From the NCBI RefSeq assembly GCF_032191835.1, contig NC_083237.1, positions 17,174,001 through 17,238,000 of the forward strand: a DNA stretch of 64,000 bases, read 5' to 3'. Of this stretch, positions 60,257-64,000 are shown one piece after another. The DNA is from Heteronotia binoei. Taxonomy: Eukaryota. The stretch's first letter is position 1, and each line of letters starts with the position of its first letter. The notes beneath the pieces were generated by a model. The model ran no database searches, was not told the DNA's origin, and was given only the letters and a program-made list of their open reading frames with translations. The position numbers were made by a program, and so were the translations under genes.

Positions 60257-60866
60257 CAGGGGTGTCAAATGTCCAACCTGCAGGACAGAACCGACCTGCC
60301 CAGGGCTTTAATCAGGCTCATGGCTCTTTTCTCCCCCCTCCTCCCCCTCCTGTCCGCACCCTTTCAAGCTCTGAAGCCGCTGAAGTTCCCAGCTCCTTCT
60401 GCCTTGTCTTCGCCAGCTGCAGCAAGAAGTGCTTCTGGGCTTGCAAAGCTGCAAAGAAAAAGCAGAATGGATTTTCCATTAAGGTCTCCGTGGGCCCAGA
60501 GACCTTAATGGGAAGTCCATTCCACATTTTCCTTGCAAGTCAGTCTGTGCTGTAATGTGTTTCAATGGAGGGGAGCTCAGTTTTCCTATGGCCAGCTGAA
60601 ACTGTTGTTTCCTGGACTTGTGTCCTCGCAACTGAAGGGTTGACGCTTTGAGCCAACTTGTCTCTGATGAATGGGCTGAGTTTTAAGCATGTTTGTATTT
60701 CAAGTTAAAACTGATAATATTGTGTTTAATTGTGTTCGTCTGTGTCCTTTGTAAATTTTATATCTCCTCTATCTGGCATTACATTTTATGACACACATGG
60801 CCCAGCCCCATAAAGTCCCATTTATGTAAGATCCGGCCCTCATAACAAATGAATTTGACACCCCTG
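60257..60866. mobile_element. Non-autonomous hAT element, 610 bp
   Basis: TIRs CAGGGGTGTCAAA/TTTGACACCCCTG; 8-bp TSD CTTTACAG/TTTTACGG. Confidence 0.8.
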
Positions 60867-61546
60867 TTTTACGGGATGAGTAAGTATATGCTACTTCCAT
60901 TCTAGATCATTTAAAGCACTCTACTTGAAAGCTATGAGCTCTAGTAGGACTTCTTAACAAATTTAATACGTCATAGAGGGATTGTTAGACAGGGGGAAAA
61001 ACCCATATCCCAATATCATAACAATACTGAAGAGGTTGAGGATGCAGTCTCTCTCACACAATTACATCCTTGGATCATGAGGTTCAGAGGACATGAGAAT
61101 TTGTGGATTTACCCAATGGAACTACAATCAAAACTTCTACGCAGGGCAAACCGGTAGTTGAAGGTGTCGATTATCCACCTTCCAGCATAGGAATGAAAAT
61201 AAAACAGTAACGCTCATTTATTGGGCTGGGCTTGACCGTGCCAGGATTCTGGAATGTTCTGAATCAAAGTTGAAAGTGTGTCTCCTTCACCCCCCTCCTT
61301 GAATAGTTTAATGTCTGATGTCATGACCGTACTGCTTCTGTTGGTGTTTTTTCTTTTCTTCCCTAATTTTTCCTTTCTGTTAACCCATCCCTTCCTTCCC
61401 CAAACAGTATTTATGGGATTTTCCTTGGTATTCCTTAGACATAACCCCTCTCTCTCGGCATGGACCAGAACTGGGTTTGGGAAATAGTCCTTTTCTTTCC
61501 TGGGGAAACAGCACTAAACCCCTGATAAGGGGAAGGTAGTTTCTGC

Positions 61547-61717
61547 CAGGGGTGGAATTCTAGCAGGAGCTCCTTTGCATATTAGGCCACACACCCCTGA
61601 TTTAGCCAATCCTCCAAGAACTTGCAAGGCTCGTTTTTTGTAAGCTCTTGGAGGATTGGCTACATCAGGGGTGTGTGGCCTAATATGCAAAGGAGCTCCT
61701 GCTAGAATACCACCCCG
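61547..61717. mobile_element. Palindromic hAT MITE
   Basis: Exact 8-bp TSD GTTTCTGC; long inverted arms. Confidence 0.9.
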
Positions 61718-62759
61718 GTTTCTGCCTCTTGCAAGTTACTGGGGTGTTGACTGGATTTCCGTAGGAATGGAAGGTGCCCTGGTTCAGCTCCTTTCAGACT
61801 TTGCCCATAGGCTTCCCAGGTCAGTGTTGGAAAATATCTGGAGACTTTAGGGTGGAGCTGGGAAAGGATAGGGTTTAGGGAGGGGAGGGGAGGGGACTCA
61901 GCATGGTTCGATGCCATAGAGTCCACCCTTCCAAACAGCCATTTTCTCCAGGGGAGCCAATCTCTGCCAGCTGGAGATCAGTTGTAAAAGTGGAATATCT
62001 CCAGGCCCCACCTGAAGGTTGGCAACCCTATTTGCCCCTCTCTTCCTAGGTGGTTTGGGCTTTACTATCTGGACCATCTCATGGGCCTTGAAGAGGGAGG
62101 GAAGGTCCTGGGGAAGGAGACGTGTTAGGACTAACAGAGAAATCCATTTTGACACTGTCTAGAAGAAACTCTTCCTCATTTCAGTATTGTCTAATATTTC
62201 CAGCTGTGGCTGCTATTGAATACAGAGGCTGGCAAGGGAGGCTTCCGATATGAAAATACACTGAAAAGTATATTGTAAATTTAAGAAGCAACCTATGGGA
62301 CACTTAGCAATAGCCAGGGGTCGTTTTGTAGAAAAAGAGGTGCCAGAGCTCATTAGCACTATTTGCATACGTGACACACCCCTGACATCACTGGAAGGTG
62401 TACTAAATTATTTCAGCTCAGCATCTGCCTTAAAATGCTTCTTGAATTCTAATTGTCATAATAAAACCTGACTCCCATCCAGTGTTTCCTCTAAGCTGAG
62501 TTAGTGTGAGCTAGCTCACAGATTTTTAGCCTCCAGCTCACACATTTTTGTCTTGGCTCAGGAAGGATGACCACAGAGCACACTAATTTATGCAGTAGTT
62601 CACAACTTGAATGCCAGTAGCTCACAAAGTAGAATTTTTGCTCATAAGACTTGCAGCTTAGAGGGAACATCTCATCATACTTTTTCATTTACTTCCTCCT
62701 TTGCGGCCACAGTGTCCTGATGAAGATTTCCATCTTTCTGCTTTAGATGTTTTGGTTAT

Positions 62760-63537
62760 TTTCCCATTTTTTTGTAGGGAAGAATATTAGAAATTTGTCA
62801 AATCTTAGAATTCAGCAAAATTCTCACAGGGGGTTTGAACAATGGAGCTTAGAGGCAAGTATTTTTTTTGGGGGGGGGGAGGAAGGTATAAAGGAAGAAA
62901 TAGCACAGTATAATTTGGTGGGAAAAATCTTGAATAAAAATTTTGAAAAGACATTGATAGTGGGAGGCAGCAGAGTAAGAATCATGAAAGAATTGCCAAG
63001 AAAAGTGATAAATGAGAGAAAAGCATACAAAAAATTGACAAAAAAACTACGTGACAATGAAATGAGGTATAGATGGATAATACCTGAAGGTCTGAGCTTT
63101 GAGCTGCAAGGAAAAAGGATTACAATTACAAGCACACAGGAACTGCGTAGGTTTTATGAAGAACATAAAGAATTTGCACCATGATGGATTACAAATTATT
63201 ATCTTGGAATGTAATGGACTAAATTCACCACAAAAAAGAAAGGCATCGTTTCATTGAATTAAAAAGCAAAATTGTGATATAGTTTGTGTACAAGAAGTGC
63301 ATATCAAACAAAAGGATTACAATTTTTTATGGAATAAACAACTGGAACTAGAATTTTATTCATTAGCTGAACAGAAGAAAAGGGGAATGATTTTCTATAT
63401 TAAACAAGAATTGGAGCCAAAATTAGCATTTAAAGACAAAGATGGAAGATTTGTAGCGGTAGAAATAATATTAAATGCAAACCCCCCCCCCCCATTGCTA
63501 TTGGGACTGTATGCACCAAATGGTGCAAAGGATGCTT
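62760..63537 (+). mobile_element. L1-clade fragment: ORF1 C-terminus plus ORF2 endonuclease N-terminus, decayed
   Basis: ORF1 CTD RIMKELPRKV..ERK..YRW..PEGL. ORF2 MMDYKLLSWNV, CVQEVH, DKDGRFV, LYAPN, with a frameshift after WNV. Confidence 0.85.
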
Positions 63538-63554
63538 TGACCCACCTTTGACCC

Positions 63555-64000
63555 ACCTTAGACCCATGCCAGTCCGGCTTCCGCCCCGGCCATGGGACGG
63601 AGACAGTCTTGGTCGCCCTCATGGATGACCTCCGGCGACAACTGGATCGAGGCGGCTCAGCAGTACTGCTGCTGCTAGACCTATTGGCTGCGTTCGATAT
63701 GGTCGATCATCGGCTGCTGACCCGCCGTCTCGCCGACGCAGGAATTCGGGGGCTAGCCTTACAGTGGCTCTCCTCCTTCCTTGAAGGTCAGGGACAAAGG
63801 GTGGCAATTGGAGGGGAGCTGTCTCAGAGACACCTACTTCATTGTGGGGTGCCTCAGGGGGCTGTTCTCTCCCCGATGTTGTTTAACATCTTTATGCGCC
63901 CCCTTGCCCAGATTGCCCGGAGGTATGGGCTCGGTTGTCATCAGTACGCTGATGACACCCAGCTCTATCTATTGATGGATGGCCGGACTGGCGATGTCCC
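63555..64000 (+). mobile_element. L2 LINE RT fragment, 5'-truncated, open frame running off the window
   Basis: LDPCQSGFRPGHGTET, LLDLLAAFDMVDH, GVPQGAVLSP, QYADDTQL; no stop seen; CpG-rich. Confidence 0.9.

Overview
Vertebrate, non-mammalian genomic DNA. The repeat set (Squam3-type and Sauria/Squam1 SINEs, CR1, L2, L1, hAT MITEs) points to a squamate, most likely a gecko; this is an inference. The window is part of an olfactory receptor (OR) cluster with all genes on the minus strand. It holds four intact single-coding-exon ORs (10340-11266, 27065-27997, 32545-33477, 42391-43326), one OR with a single 1-bp frameshift just after its start codon (53808-54744), a half-deleted pseudogene (26399-26935) and a scrambled OR fragment (about 23040-23292). 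The cluster was built by segmental duplications that share an upstream promoter-like module and a splice acceptor exactly 13 nt before each ATG. The standout feature is a complete 5168-bp Ty1/copia LTR retrotransposon (14369-19536, minus strand). It has two 533-bp LTRs that are identical by eye, a 5-bp TSD, an uninterrupted 1316-aa Gag-PR-IN-RT-RH ORF, a half-tRNA(iMet) primer site and candidate splice sites for a Gag-only mRNA, and it sits in the candidate promoter of the first OR. Other features include a decayed near-full-length CR1 with an SGNH esterase ORF1, two decayed L1s, a young L2 running off the right edge, solo LTRs, a recent 99-bp-arm inverted duplication, a 153-bp tandem repeat, a CpG-rich promoter-like island with CTCF-like motifs, and four N gaps. 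All comparisons were made by eye, so identities and TE boundaries are approximate unless stated otherwise.
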